Positions 27,336-36,645 of a stretch of 64,000 bases of DNA are shown piece by piece. Made by a program: the position numbers and the translations under genes. The DNA lies in the IMG/VR virus record IMGVR_UViG_3300045988_129289; one strand, written 5' to 3'. Numbering within the stretch: the stretch's first letter is position 1; the number at the start of each line of letters is the position of its first letter. Below the pieces are notes generated by a model, which worked only from the letters and a program-made list of their open reading frames with translations, ran no database searches and had not been told where the DNA came from. Source of the DNA: a virus.

Positions 27336-28682
27336 ATGTGTGGAATATTTGGTATTGTTACAAAGAGCACACGGTCTTTTGACTTTCCAACTTTCTGTAC
27401 ATTAGGTATCGCTAATGACAGTAGAGGAGGTGACTCTTGTGGATATTTTATTGATGGACACTACGAGTATGGAGCGAAAGGAAATGATAAGTGGTTTCAG
27501 TTCTTTTTCCAAGACAATAAGTTCCTTAATGAACTTAAAATGAGTTCAGTAGCTTTTGGTCATTGTAGAAAAGCATCTGTCGGAATCATTGACGAGACGA
27601 CTGCTCAGCCAGTGGTACTTACTGATGCTAATGGAAAGGTAGAATACGTTCTTATGCATAATGGAACTATCTATAATTATGAGGAGTTAGCTAATAAATA
27701 CATACCAGACATTGACATTACTGGTATGACTGATTCTCAAGTAATGGCTAGAATTTTCTATCGTTCTGGATACAAGGCACTTAGTGAGTACAACGGCGGA
27801 GCAGTGTTTGCAATTGCAGATTACCGTGGTGGAAAACCAAAGGTGTTGCTCTTTAAAGGAGCCTCTAAGAAAGACAAGTGGGACAAGAAGGAAACTGATG
27901 AACGCCCATTGTACTTCTGTGTTGATCCTGTAAAGGGAGAGTTAATCTTCTCTTCTATCGCTTCCTATTTGATGTCCCTTAGACATAAGCTCACAACCTG
28001 GATTTTAAATCCAAATTGTCTCTATGAGTTTAATGGTAGAGACCTAATTGCTGTCGAGGAAGTTTCTAGAGCTAATGCTTACCAAAGGAAGGAAACCATA
28101 TATGTAACTCCATCTAAATATGGTGGAAAATATTGGGGAGAATTTGGGCTGGAGGAAAGTGATGGCAGTCTTTATGACGATTTCATTTCAACTAATCAAG
28201 TAGATAATACTTATCATGGAAAGGGCAAAAAGCTTCAAGGACGAGTGCTACTTAATAAGTATGGAATGATGCTGGATGAAGCTCCTAAAAAGGCAACATA
28301 TAAGGAGATATTCTTTTGGGATGGAGTTGCTCTTAAGAATGTTGCATGCTTTCGATTTCTTACAGTCCTTAAGAAGGACAGTAAGCTCGAAGATAAAGAG
28401 TTTAATAAGAAGTTTAAGAACCTTATAAGGTACTTAAGTGTTGATGGTGTATATCATGAGAAGGATGTATGGTACAGAGCTACCTCTCCAACCAAGAGGA
28501 TTCCATTTACAGGAATACTGAACATGATTACATCAACTTCTTCTACAGAATTTTTTGCTGGAAGCAGAAGAACTACTAAATACGGTAGGACTTCTGATGA
28601 GGCATTTAGTTCTCTAGAGGAAGCTAAATTGGATGTTAATTTCAAAACAATTAAAGAAGAATGCAAGTCTTTGATGAAATAA
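27336..28682 (+). CDS. class II (Ntn) glutamine amidotransferase domain protein
   Basis: N-terminal MCGIFGI (Cys2 nucleophile as in PurF/AsnB/GlmS); 448 aa. Confidence 0.65.
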   Translation: MCGIFGIVTKSTRSFDFPTFCTLGIANDSRGGDSCGYFIDGHYEYGAKGNDKWFQFFFQDNKFLNELKMSSVAFGHCRKASVGIIDETTAQPVVLTDANGKVEYVLMHNGTIYNYEELANKYIPDIDITGMTDSQVMARIFYRSGYKALSEYNGGAVFAIADYRGGKPKVLLFKGASKKDKWDKKETDERPLYFCVDPVKGELIFSSIASYLMSLRHKLTTWILNPNCLYEFNGRDLIAVEEVSRANAYQRKETIYVTPSKYGGKYWGEFGLEESDGSLYDDFISTNQVDNTYHGKGKKLQGRVLLNKYGMMLDEAPKKATYKEIFFWDGVALKNVACFRFLTVLKKDSKLEDKEFNKKFKNLIRYLSVDGVYHEKDVWYRATSPTKRIPFTGILNMITSTSSTEFFAGSRRTTKYGRTSDEAFSSLEEAKLDVNFKTIKEECKSLMK

Positions 28683-29893
28683 CTAAAAGATGGGTGAGCT
28701 CTCGAAATTGTGCGAGGATTGTCATCCAACAACTTCCGGAACAAGTTATCTTCGGATATACTAGTAAGCCTGATAGAGTTGTTAGAGTCCTTATAACTAC
28801 TTCTAATGGATTTAATAACTACTTTGAAACGGATTTAAATCTATATAAGGGGAAACTCTTGTATAGTAGGAGAAATGGAATATACTTTTCTCCTATCAAT
28901 CACGATGAGGATTTTATACTCGCAGAACAACTCGTAAAGGGTCTCGGAGGTTTTCCCTACATCCTTACTAGAAGATATGAAGCTGTAGAGAATTTCGATG
29001 CTTTTAAGGGAAAGCAAGAAATTAAAGACCAGGAAACTTTGTATCCCTTAGCAAAATATTTAAAGTATACTTTTGGACTGGAGTTTGAAACATCTCAAGG
29101 ATATGTGCCTGAGGACGTATGTTATCGAGATGGATTAATCCCATTAAGGGATGGATCCATTACTGGACCAGAGTATTCTACCGTTGTATTGAAGGGAGGA
29201 GAAGGACTTTCTCTTCTTCATCAGCAAGTAGAGACGCTCAAAGAGTATACTAACTTTAATAAGGAATGCTCTCTACATGTTCATCTAGGAGGTTACCCTC
29301 TTAAGCCTGATACTATCTACAATCTTTATCTTGTATGTAGAACTATTGAATCTGAGCTAGAAAATATACTTCCTGCTTTGACTTTCAATAGTGCTAGATA
29401 TAAGGATAATGGTAAAGACTATTGTAAAAAGCTTGCTTTGTATAGTAGTTTTGAAGATATGTACTCGCATTTAGTAGGAAGGCAATTCTTCGGAAGTTTT
29501 ACCCAAGCTCATCCTGATGATAGGGAACGAAAAAGAAAGTGGAATATACCAACCCGTTATTATTGGTGTAACTTCATTAATGCTCTTTGCTATCAGGTAA
29601 ATAAAACCATTGAGTTCAGATTTCTTCGTCCAACCTATAGCTTTAAAAAGATCCTCCTATGGCTTTACATATTCAACGGCATTTTAAGATATGCCGAGGA
29701 GTACTATGTGCCGGGGAGTCGTGTTAATCTAGCTAGGATTATGAATAATTGCTATCCTTCTGATTTGGCAAAAGAACTTTGCCTTGGTATAAAGAAGCTT
29801 TGGGCACTTAGTGTAAATCAACGTGAAAACGGAGATCCTATTGGAGCTAATGTTTGGATGGAGGAAGAATTGTTTAACAGCTTAAAGATTTAA
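28661..29893 (+). CDS. GS-like carboxylate-amine ligase (Amidoligase_2-like) paralog 2
   Basis: GLEFETSQG, GPEYS, CSLHVHLG motifs parallel those of 26542-27333. Confidence 0.5.
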   Translation: MQVFDEITKRWVSSRNCARIVIQQLPEQVIFGYTSKPDRVVRVLITTSNGFNNYFETDLNLYKGKLLYSRRNGIYFSPINHDEDFILAEQLVKGLGGFPYILTRRYEAVENFDAFKGKQEIKDQETLYPLAKYLKYTFGLEFETSQGYVPEDVCYRDGLIPLRDGSITGPEYSTVVLKGGEGLSLLHQQVETLKEYTNFNKECSLHVHLGGYPLKPDTIYNLYLVCRTIESELENILPALTFNSARYKDNGKDYCKKLALYSSFEDMYSHLVGRQFFGSFTQAHPDDRERKRKWNIPTRYYWCNFINALCYQVNKTIEFRFLRPTYSFKKILLWLYIFNGILRYAEEYYVPGSRVNLARIMNNCYPSDLAKELCLGIKKLWALSVNQRENGDPIGANVWMEEELFNSLKI

Positions 29894-29899
29894 CAAAGT

Positions 29900-30481
29900 A
29901 TGGCAAAACAGGTATTAGAAATTGAAGTTCCAGATGGTAAAAAAGCTGTTTGGAAGGATGGTCATGTTGTCTTCGAAGATGTAGATACTATGGAAAGTAT
30001 CAAGACTATCGAGGACGCTGCTCAATTTCTTGCGGACAAGAGGATCTGTGAGGATATTCTGGACTCACTGTCTAGACTTCCTAAGGACTCATTTGAGTGG
30101 AAGATAGCTGCTTACAGAGCAGTAGTCGCAGCTGTAACCTATAATGAACAGAGGCATCTTACCACTGGAGAACGTTGGTTTCCTACTATTGAGTTCTGTC
30201 GACCTGGAAAGCTTAAGAATTGTTGCGGTGACATCGTTGTAGGACGAATCAAATCAGAAGGAGAAGAGTTCAATGTCGTGGGCGGTGACGCTGCTGACGG
30301 CACGGCTGCGGGTCTCGGTCTCTTCTACTCGCTTTGCGGCGTGTCTAACTCCTGGACGAATTTCGGCTTCCGGTCGGTTGGTTCAAAGAAAGCCGCCCTG
30401 TACATTTCTAAGCAATTTGGAAGACTTCTGTTTGAGGTTAGTTATGGTGGTACAAACTGTGATTGGAGATGGATAGCATAG
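29900..30481 (+). CDS. hypothetical protein
   Basis: ORF track 193 aa; ends TAG followed by TAA two codons later. Confidence 0.5.
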   Translation: MAKQVLEIEVPDGKKAVWKDGHVVFEDVDTMESIKTIEDAAQFLADKRICEDILDSLSRLPKDSFEWKIAAYRAVVAAVTYNEQRHLTTGERWFPTIEFCRPGKLKNCCGDIVVGRIKSEGEEFNVVGGDAADGTAAGLGLFYSLCGVSNSWTNFGFRSVGSKKAALYISKQFGRLLFEVSYGGTNCDWRWIA

Positions 30482-30557
30482 TCATAATCTGTATATCAGT
30501 AGTAGCACTATTCATTGTAGACACAATTTGTGACACTATTAAGGATTGTAAGAAAAA

Positions 30558-31079
30558 ATGATGGAGTGGTATTACATTCTGGGAATCATCTCTTATGGTA
30601 TTTTCATTGTCCAATTCCTTCTCTCCAACTTCTTCGGTTGGGGAGATTTAGATTTAGACATCGATTTTGATGGTGAACCAGATTTTGGACTTGGAGATGT
30701 TCTCTCCTTCAAGGGATTAGTTCATTTTGCAATGGGCTTCTCTGGATGGCTTATGCTAGCGGGAAAGGTTACCCTTACTACTCTAGCAATAGCTTCCGTA
30801 ATTGGTTTTGTATTTATTGTGATTTTATACTATGCCTATAGGCTATGTTTAAAGTTCAATAGTGAACCCCAAATCAAAAGTGGAGAAAGTTTAGTTGGAA
30901 AGGAAGTAGCAATTTCTGTCCAGATTTCAGAAATGGAATACTCCGGAAACTGTATAACAGACTCTGGATACATTCCACTGGATAGGTGTAGACTTTCAAA
31001 GCCAGCGAATCACACAATAAGGTGTGGAGATATTCTTCACATTGACTCATATAAGTCAGGAATTTATTTTATTTCTTAA
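30558..31079 (+). CDS. NfeD-like membrane protein (flotillin partner)
   Basis: ORF track 173 aa, N-terminal TM helices + C-terminal beta domain, directly upstream of flotillin. Confidence 0.5.
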   Translation: MMEWYYILGIISYGIFIVQFLLSNFFGWGDLDLDIDFDGEPDFGLGDVLSFKGLVHFAMGFSGWLMLAGKVTLTTLAIASVIGFVFIVILYYAYRLCLKFNSEPQIKSGESLVGKEVAISVQISEMEYSGNCITDSGYIPLDRCRLSKPANHTIRCGDILHIDSYKSGIYFIS

Positions 31080-31097
31080 TTAATAAAAATTTTATAA

Positions 31098-32906
31098 ATG
31101 TTAACAGAAAGTTTAATTATTGCAGGCGCAGTAGTTGTGCTTGTAATCTTGACCCTCATCGGTCTCATGTCACGTTATCGTCGTTGTGCAAGTGATGAAA
31201 TCTTGGTAGTCTTTGGTAAGACTGGCAAGAAAGTTGGAATCAATCCAGCAACCGGCAAGAAGGAAACAACAATTCTTCCTTCTAAGATCATCCATGGCGG
31301 AGGTACCTTTGTATTCCCTGTAATCCAGGATTGGAAGAAGATGTCTCTGAAACCTATCCAGATTCAGACAGAGGTAGAGGGTGTGTCAAGTCAGATGATT
31401 AAGGTCAAGATTCCGGTTACCTTGACTACTGGAATTGGTACAACTGATGTACTCATGCAAAATGCTGCAAGTCGTTTCCTGACTGCTAAACCTGATGAGA
31501 TTTCTGCTCAAATTACCGATATTCTTATTGGTGAAATGCGTGCTTTGATGGCTACTATGACCATTGAAGAGATCAATGCTGACCGAATCAAGTTCCTTGG
31601 TAATGCTAAGGAGGATATCGAGACTGAGTTGAACAAGGTAGGTTTCAGTATTATTAACATTAACAATGCTGATATTACTGATGATGCTGACTATATCAAG
31701 AATCTCGGTAAGAAGGCAGCTACCAAGGCAAAGGCTCAGGCTGAGGCAGACATCGCTGAGGAGGAAAAGAAGGGTGACATTCAGATTGCTGAAACCAATA
31801 AGGAGAAAGCAATTGCCGTAGCTGCTGCAGAGAAGGATCAAGCTACTCAGGTAGCTCAGACTAAGCAGGAGCAGGAAGTAAAGGTTGCCGAGATCGAGAA
31901 GAACAAGGCAATTAGTCTTGCAGAGGCTGATAAGACTAAGGAGTCTGAGGTTGCTAATCAGCAGGCTGATAAGGAAGCTGCTACCGCTGCTGCACAGGCT
32001 CGTTCAGCTGCCGCTGTAGCAAAGTCTGAAGCAGATGCTCTTGCTGCACAGGCAGAGGCAGAGGCTGAGAAGAATATTCGTATGGCTAAGGCTGAACAGC
32101 AGCAGGAAGCCGAAACCAGAAAGGCTACTAATGAGCAGGAAGCTAAGGTAGCTGAGTATGATGCTGAAAAGCGTAAGCGTACAGCTGAGGCTAATAAGCA
32201 GGCAGGCGTAGCTGAGCAGACAGCAACTATCGAGGTTTCTAAGGCACAGGCTGAGGCTGCTAAGGCACAGGCTGAGGCAGTTCGCGTTGAGGGTGTATCT
32301 AAGGCTGAAGCTGAAGTGGCAATTGCTAAGAAGAATGCTGAAGCTAAGGAGGCACAGTTGAACGCTGAGTCCATTGTTCCTGCTCAGAAGAAGAAGGAAG
32401 CTGTAGTTATTGAGGCTGAGGCTGAGAAGCAGAAGAAGATTGTTGAGGCACAAGCTGAGGCTGAAGCAATTAAGCAGAAAGCTTTGGCAGAGGCTCAGGC
32501 AATCCAGGCTAAGGCAGAAGCTGAGGCAGAGGGTAACAAGAAGAAACTTCTTGCTGAGGCAGAAGGTAAGCGTGCCTCTTTGATGGCTGAGGCTGATAAG
32601 GTTCAGGCTATCGAGATGGCTCCGGCACTTGCAATTGAGAAGATGATTGAGACAGGTATGACTCCGGAGATGATTGTTCAGTACAAGACTGTTGATCAGC
32701 TTAAGGGTATCGCCGAAGCTCAGGCTGAGGTTTATGAGCATATCCATCTTGGTGAGGTTACTGTTTATGGTAACGAGAACACTGCTGGTAACTTCATGGC
32801 TTCAATGGCTGAGAATCTCAATCCAGCATTTGAACTTCTCAAGTCTATTCCTTTCAAGAAGACTCTCAATGCTATCGCAGGCAAGGACGAAGTCAAGAAG
32901 GATTAA
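31098..32906 (+). CDS. flotillin-like SPFH/band-7 protein with long Ala/Glu-rich coiled coil
   Basis: ORF track 602 aa; N-terminal TM, SPFH-like region, ~250 aa of AEAEA/KAQAEA repeats as in bacterial FloT/YqiK. Confidence 0.7.
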   Translation: MLTESLIIAGAVVVLVILTLIGLMSRYRRCASDEILVVFGKTGKKVGINPATGKKETTILPSKIIHGGGTFVFPVIQDWKKMSLKPIQIQTEVEGVSSQMIKVKIPVTLTTGIGTTDVLMQNAASRFLTAKPDEISAQITDILIGEMRALMATMTIEEINADRIKFLGNAKEDIETELNKVGFSIININNADITDDADYIKNLGKKAATKAKAQAEADIAEEEKKGDIQIAETNKEKAIAVAAAEKDQATQVAQTKQEQEVKVAEIEKNKAISLAEADKTKESEVANQQADKEAATAAAQARSAAAVAKSEADALAAQAEAEAEKNIRMAKAEQQQEAETRKATNEQEAKVAEYDAEKRKRTAEANKQAGVAEQTATIEVSKAQAEAAKAQAEAVRVEGVSKAEAEVAIAKKNAEAKEAQLNAESIVPAQKKKEAVVIEAEAEKQKKIVEAQAEAEAIKQKALAEAQAIQAKAEAEAEGNKKKLLAEAEGKRASLMAEADKVQAIEMAPALAIEKMIETGMTPEMIVQYKTVDQLKGIAEAQAEVYEHIHLGEVTVYGNENTAGNFMASMAENLNPAFELLKSIPFKKTLNAIAGKDEVKKD

Positions 32907-33006
32907 CCTTTGTTAATTTTGTAAATTAACTAAGAATTAGTATCTTTATAAGTCTACTTGATATGGGTATTAAATGTACTCTATTGAGTAGACTTTTTTA
33001 TCATTT

Positions 33007-33090
33007 GGAGGGATAGCACGTAATTGGAAGCGTCACAGTCTTCTAAACTGTTGCCATATGGCCTTTAGGGTTCGAATCCCTGTCCCTTCA
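33007..33090 (+). tRNA. tRNA with anticodon UCU (Arg AGA) but class II-like 14-nt extra arm and A73
   Basis: acceptor GGAGGGA/TCCCTTC, anticodon stem ACAGT/ACTGT loop CTTCTAA, extra arm TGCCATATGGCCTT (GCCAT/ATGGC hairpin), T arm TAGGG-TTCGAAT-CCCTG. Confidence 0.6.
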
Positions 33091-33155
33091 CATTGTTATT
33101 AATTTTTGATGGGCATTCTTCCCTTGTATGTTTAAAAAGAAATGATTTATGTATT

Positions 33156-33758
33156 ATGTAGAGCAAATGGTTTGAAGAAAAAGAAAATTTAGAGAATATG
33201 ATTCTCGTACAGAAAATGAGTTATGAAGACATAGGTAGACATTATGGTTGTAGTGGCTCAAATATTAAGAAAGTTGCTATTAGAATTGGCATTCAACTCC
33301 CTTAGAGAAGAAAACCAAAAGAAAGTGAAACTTTCAATAAGGGAACTGGACAGAAGTATTACTGTCTGAACTGTGGAAAGTTGTTAAATCAAGACAATGG
33401 TGGTAGCTACAAGCATAAATTTTGTGATAACAAATGCTAGAGGGAATATCAGCACAAAATTGGGTATCAGAAAATACTAGATGGAGATTCATCTATAATG
33501 AGGGCTAATTACTCTCCACATGCTTTTAAGGACGATATACTTCAGGAACAAAATGGAGTATGTGCTATATGTGGTTCAAAGCCTGAGTGGAATGGCAAAC
33601 CTCTAGTATTTATTTTGGATCATATAGATGGTCATGCATCTAATAATATTAGAACTAATCTTAGATGTATATGTCCAAACTGTGATTCTCAATTAGACAC
33701 CTACAAATCTAAAAACAAATGCGGAGAAAGGAGTTACTATCGCTATCATAAATACTAG
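33156..33758 (+). CDS. HNH homing endonuclease with N-terminal HTH, TAG-recoded (three in-frame TAG)
   Basis: in-frame TAG at 33159, 33303, 33438; C-terminal LDHIDGHASNN...NLRCICPNCD HNH motif (ORF track 33498-33758 is its tail); HTH MSYEDIGRHYGCSGSNIKKVAIRIG. Confidence 0.6.
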
Positions 33759-33784
33759 GATATAACTAAGCAAAAAGATAATGA

Positions 33785-34072
33785 ATGAATGAATTAGTGT
33801 TTAAAGAACTAAATCTCAATTTAGACATAAAGGTATGTACTATAGGGGGAGAAGAAATCAACCTTACAAGGAATGAATTTAATCTTCTTGAATTTCTTAT
33901 AAAGAACAAGAACAAAATACATTCTAGACAGGAAATCCTTAATAATGTATGGGATTCTAAAGTTTCTTTAAGAACTGTAGATACTACTATGTCGAGATTA
34001 CGTAAAAAAATGAAAAATTTAGGCAAGTATTTAGTAACTAGATCAGGATTTGGATACGGTATTTTGGAATGA
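33785..34072 (+). CDS. stand-alone OmpR/PhoB-type winged-helix DNA-binding protein
   Basis: LTRNEFNLLEFLIKNKNKIHSRQEILNNVW...TVDTTMSRLRKKM...YLVTRSGFGYGI matches trans_reg_C. Confidence 0.6.
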   Translation: MNELVFKELNLNLDIKVCTIGGEEINLTRNEFNLLEFLIKNKNKIHSRQEILNNVWDSKVSLRTVDTTMSRLRKKMKNLGKYLVTRSGFGYGILE

Positions 34073-34244
34073 AGTTTTGCCATAATAAGAGCACTTGCAG
34101 CAAAAATTCAAAATATAATATTATTCATAAAATGACTTTTGGATTTAATAACTAGCTGGTCTAGTCCAATTTCTATTGAGGTTAATGTAGAATATTCTCT
34201 TGCTACTATTAGAAGATAAATAGAAGTAGTGGAGGTGCTCTGTT

Positions 34245-34290
34245 TAGGTTGGAGTTAAGGCTCTATAGAGGTTCGAATCCTCTCAACCTT
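34245..34290 (+). ncRNA. truncated tRNA-like minihelix (acceptor stem + T-arm)
   Basis: TAGGTTG ... CAACCTT closing stem, connector GAGTTAAGGCTCTAT, T-arm AGAGG-TTCGAAT-CCTCT; 30 nt upstream of ATG 34321. Confidence 0.35.
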
Positions 34291-34320
34291 CTAAGTTTAT
34301 AAAGATTAAAGTAGAATAAG

Positions 34321-34857
34321 ATGAAAAAGAATGTTTTTCAAAGGCTGTGGGAATGGATTTTAAGTTTATTTCCTAAGCAAGAGATAGAGATTCCTGAACC
34401 AAAAAAGGAAGAACCTATCCCCGAGGAACCAGAAGAAGTTCCTCTAGCAACCGAACCCGAACCCGAACCCGAACCCGAACCCGAACCCGAGGAAGAGGAA
34501 GAGGAAGAGGAAGAGGAAGAGGAAGAGGAAGAGGAAGAGGAAGAGGAAGAGGGTATTGTATCTCCTTGGGGTATAAATCCTGTTAAAGCAGAATTATCTG
34601 ATATTAGAGGTTCAAGTAAGCTTAGAGGGTTTACAAGAGTTGATAATATTAGTGGTTATAGGGTAATTCATGAACACTTCCATACTATTAATGATATGCT
34701 TGGGTGTTTTAGAAGGAGAGGAAACAATGAGGTGATGAGAGAAACTCATGAGTCACAGAGCCCAGAAAGAGATCACTCTTGGTATGGTACAAATTCTTAT
34801 GAGGAAGCCGTAAGGCTTTTCAGAGAAGGATATACAGAGATATCCCAATCTATTTGA
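34321..34857 (+). CDS. acidic repeat protein ((EP)n and (EE)n tracts)
   Basis: ORF track 178 aa; GAACCC x5 and GAAGAG repeats 34453-34550. Confidence 0.5.
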   Translation: MKKNVFQRLWEWILSLFPKQEIEIPEPKKEEPIPEEPEEVPLATEPEPEPEPEPEPEEEEEEEEEEEEEEEEEEEEEGIVSPWGINPVKAELSDIRGSSKLRGFTRVDNISGYRVIHEHFHTINDMLGCFRRRGNNEVMRETHESQSPERDHSWYGTNSYEEAVRLFREGYTEISQSI

Positions 34858-35543
34858 ATGGTCCTGCTGGAACTGGAAAGAATGTTATTTGCAAACAAGT
34901 AGCAGAATCGTTAGGACTTCCATTCTATTTCACCAATGCAGTAACACAGGAATACCAGTTAACTGGTTTCATAGATGGAAATGGAGTGTATCACGATACA
35001 GAATTTCATAAAGCATTTACCACTGGTGGTGTATTTTTCTTGGATGAACTTGATGCCTCAATTCCAGAGGTTCTTGTAATTCTAAACGCTGCAATTGCTA
35101 ACAGGTATTTTGATTTCCCAACTGGAAAGGTTACCGCTTATAAGAATTTCAGGTTAATTGCCGCGGGAAATACAACTGGAACCGGATCAGATAGTGTTTA
35201 TTCAGGAAGATACTGTCTGGATGGAGCATCTCTGGATAGATTCGCTCAAATTCAAATTCCGTATTCGGAGAAAATTGAGAAGGCAGTTACCATGGATGAT
35301 GAAAAACTTATCCAGTTCTGTCATGCTTATAGAAAAGCTGTGAAGGACTCTGGAGTCAATTCTATATTTTCATATAGAGGTCTTTCAAATATAACCTCTA
35401 TGAAAGAAGATTTGCCTCTTGAGGATCTAATGAGATCATGTCTCACTAAAGGAATGACTAAGGATGATCTCATAGTTATTAAGAAATCCATTAGTATGGA
35501 TGATTCGGAAAATCCATATCTTAAGGCATTTACTAACTTATAA
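34854..35543 (+). CDS. AAA_5/MoxR-like P-loop ATPase (TTG start, Walker A at residue 4; possibly fused to upstream ORF by frameshift)
   Basis: NGPAGTGKN Walker A, FFLDELD Walker B; upstream frame-0 sequence RRIYRDIPIYL is open but lacks a start codon. Confidence 0.55.
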   Translation: MNGPAGTGKNVICKQVAESLGLPFYFTNAVTQEYQLTGFIDGNGVYHDTEFHKAFTTGGVFFLDELDASIPEVLVILNAAIANRYFDFPTGKVTAYKNFRLIAAGNTTGTGSDSVYSGRYCLDGASLDRFAQIQIPYSEKIEKAVTMDDEKLIQFCHAYRKAVKDSGVNSIFSYRGLSNITSMKEDLPLEDLMRSCLTKGMTKDDLIVIKKSISMDDSENPYLKAFTNL

Positions 35544-35643
35544 AAATGAAAAGATTTATAATGTTTTTGCCTTGAAATGGGTACTCTCGTCTTTTCGGTT
35601 ATTTCACTGTGTTATATATTTTAATTAATTTAGGAAAAATTTT

Positions 35644-36645
35644 ATGAAGAAATTTATTTTCATCATGAGTTTGCTGTTCACTCTGTGTAGTTTTACCTAT
35701 GCGCAAACAGCGTATGAAGAATCTAAAATCCTTGATAACACTTCTATTAGTGTTGTAGGTGGAGTAACTACTCCTCTGGACTTTAACTCAGTATTTCCTG
35801 TAAATGGAGTTGCTGGTATTAAGTTGCAGAAGAACCTTACTCCTGTATTTGGGTTTAACGTTGAAGGACTTGCCTCCTTTGGCGATAATCACTATGGTAG
35901 TGCTTCTACTGTAGTAAGGTCTATTAATACTGGATTGAATGGAGTTATTAACTTCTCTAACCTGCTGTGTGGATATAATGGAACCCCTCGTAAGTTCGAA
36001 GTAAGTACTGAGACTGGTATTGGCTGGATGCATAGTTGGACGGGACACTGTAACTATCTTACATCTAAAACTGGAATGGTATTATCATTCAATCTAGGTA
36101 AGGAGAGAGCTCATTCAATCATAGTTAATCCTGCAGTATACTGGAATCTGAATAGGACAGATCATGTAGAGTTCAATAAAAATTATGCTCAGCTTGGTGT
36201 CTTGATTGGATGGGTATACCACTTTAAGACTTCTAATGGTACAAGAAGTTTTAAGACGTATGATATTACATCAATGAACAACGAAATTAATTCTCTCAAG
36301 AAGGATTTGGCAAAGAAACCTACAGAAATTGTAAAGGAGGTCGTTAAGACCGAAGTTGTTACTAATACGATTGGTAACACAGTGATTTTCTTTGCACAAA
36401 ATTCTGCAAAACTTACTGGAACCGCAATGTCTGAATTATCTAAGATTCCATCTGGTTCTAAGGTAAGCATTATTGGTTCTGCATCTCCAGAAGGTTCCTC
36501 TAATTACAATCGGAAGTTGTCAGAGAAACGTGCAGAAGCTGTTTCCAAATTCTTAACCGAAAATGGTGTAGTTGTAGAGAATTGTATTGGAACTGGTGTT
36601 ACTGACACTACTAGTGGTCGTGTAGCAATAGTTACTATTAAGTAA
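35644..36645 (+). CDS. OmpA-family outer-membrane protein (signal peptide, beta-barrel region, OmpA C-terminal domain)
   Basis: MKKFIFIMSLLFTLCSFTYAQ; C-terminal VIFFAQNSAKLT...IIGSASPEGSSNYNRKLSEKRAEAV. Confidence 0.65.
   Translation: MKKFIFIMSLLFTLCSFTYAQTAYEESKILDNTSISVVGGVTTPLDFNSVFPVNGVAGIKLQKNLTPVFGFNVEGLASFGDNHYGSASTVVRSINTGLNGVINFSNLLCGYNGTPRKFEVSTETGIGWMHSWTGHCNYLTSKTGMVLSFNLGKERAHSIIVNPAVYWNLNRTDHVEFNKNYAQLGVLIGWVYHFKTSNGTRSFKTYDITSMNNEINSLKKDLAKKPTEIVKEVVKTEVVTNTIGNTVIFFAQNSAKLTGTAMSELSKIPSGSKVSIIGSASPEGSSNYNRKLSEKRAEAVSKFLTENGVVVENCIGTGVTDTTSGRVAIVTIK

Noticed and set aside
31386-32747. Three minus-strand ORFs (31386-31841, 31958-32374, 32004-32747) in the ORF track
   Set aside because: They lie antisense inside the flotillin gene's Ala/Glu repeat region. 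Their translations are Leu/Ser/Cys low-complexity mirror products of the GCT/GAG-rich coding strand.
34440-34560. Direct hexamer repeats (GAACCC)5 and (GAAGAG)10 considered as a CRISPR-like or VNTR element
   Set aside because: The units are 6 nt with no spacers and lie inside an open reading frame encoding (EP)n/(EE)n. This is a coding low-complexity repeat, not a CRISPR array.
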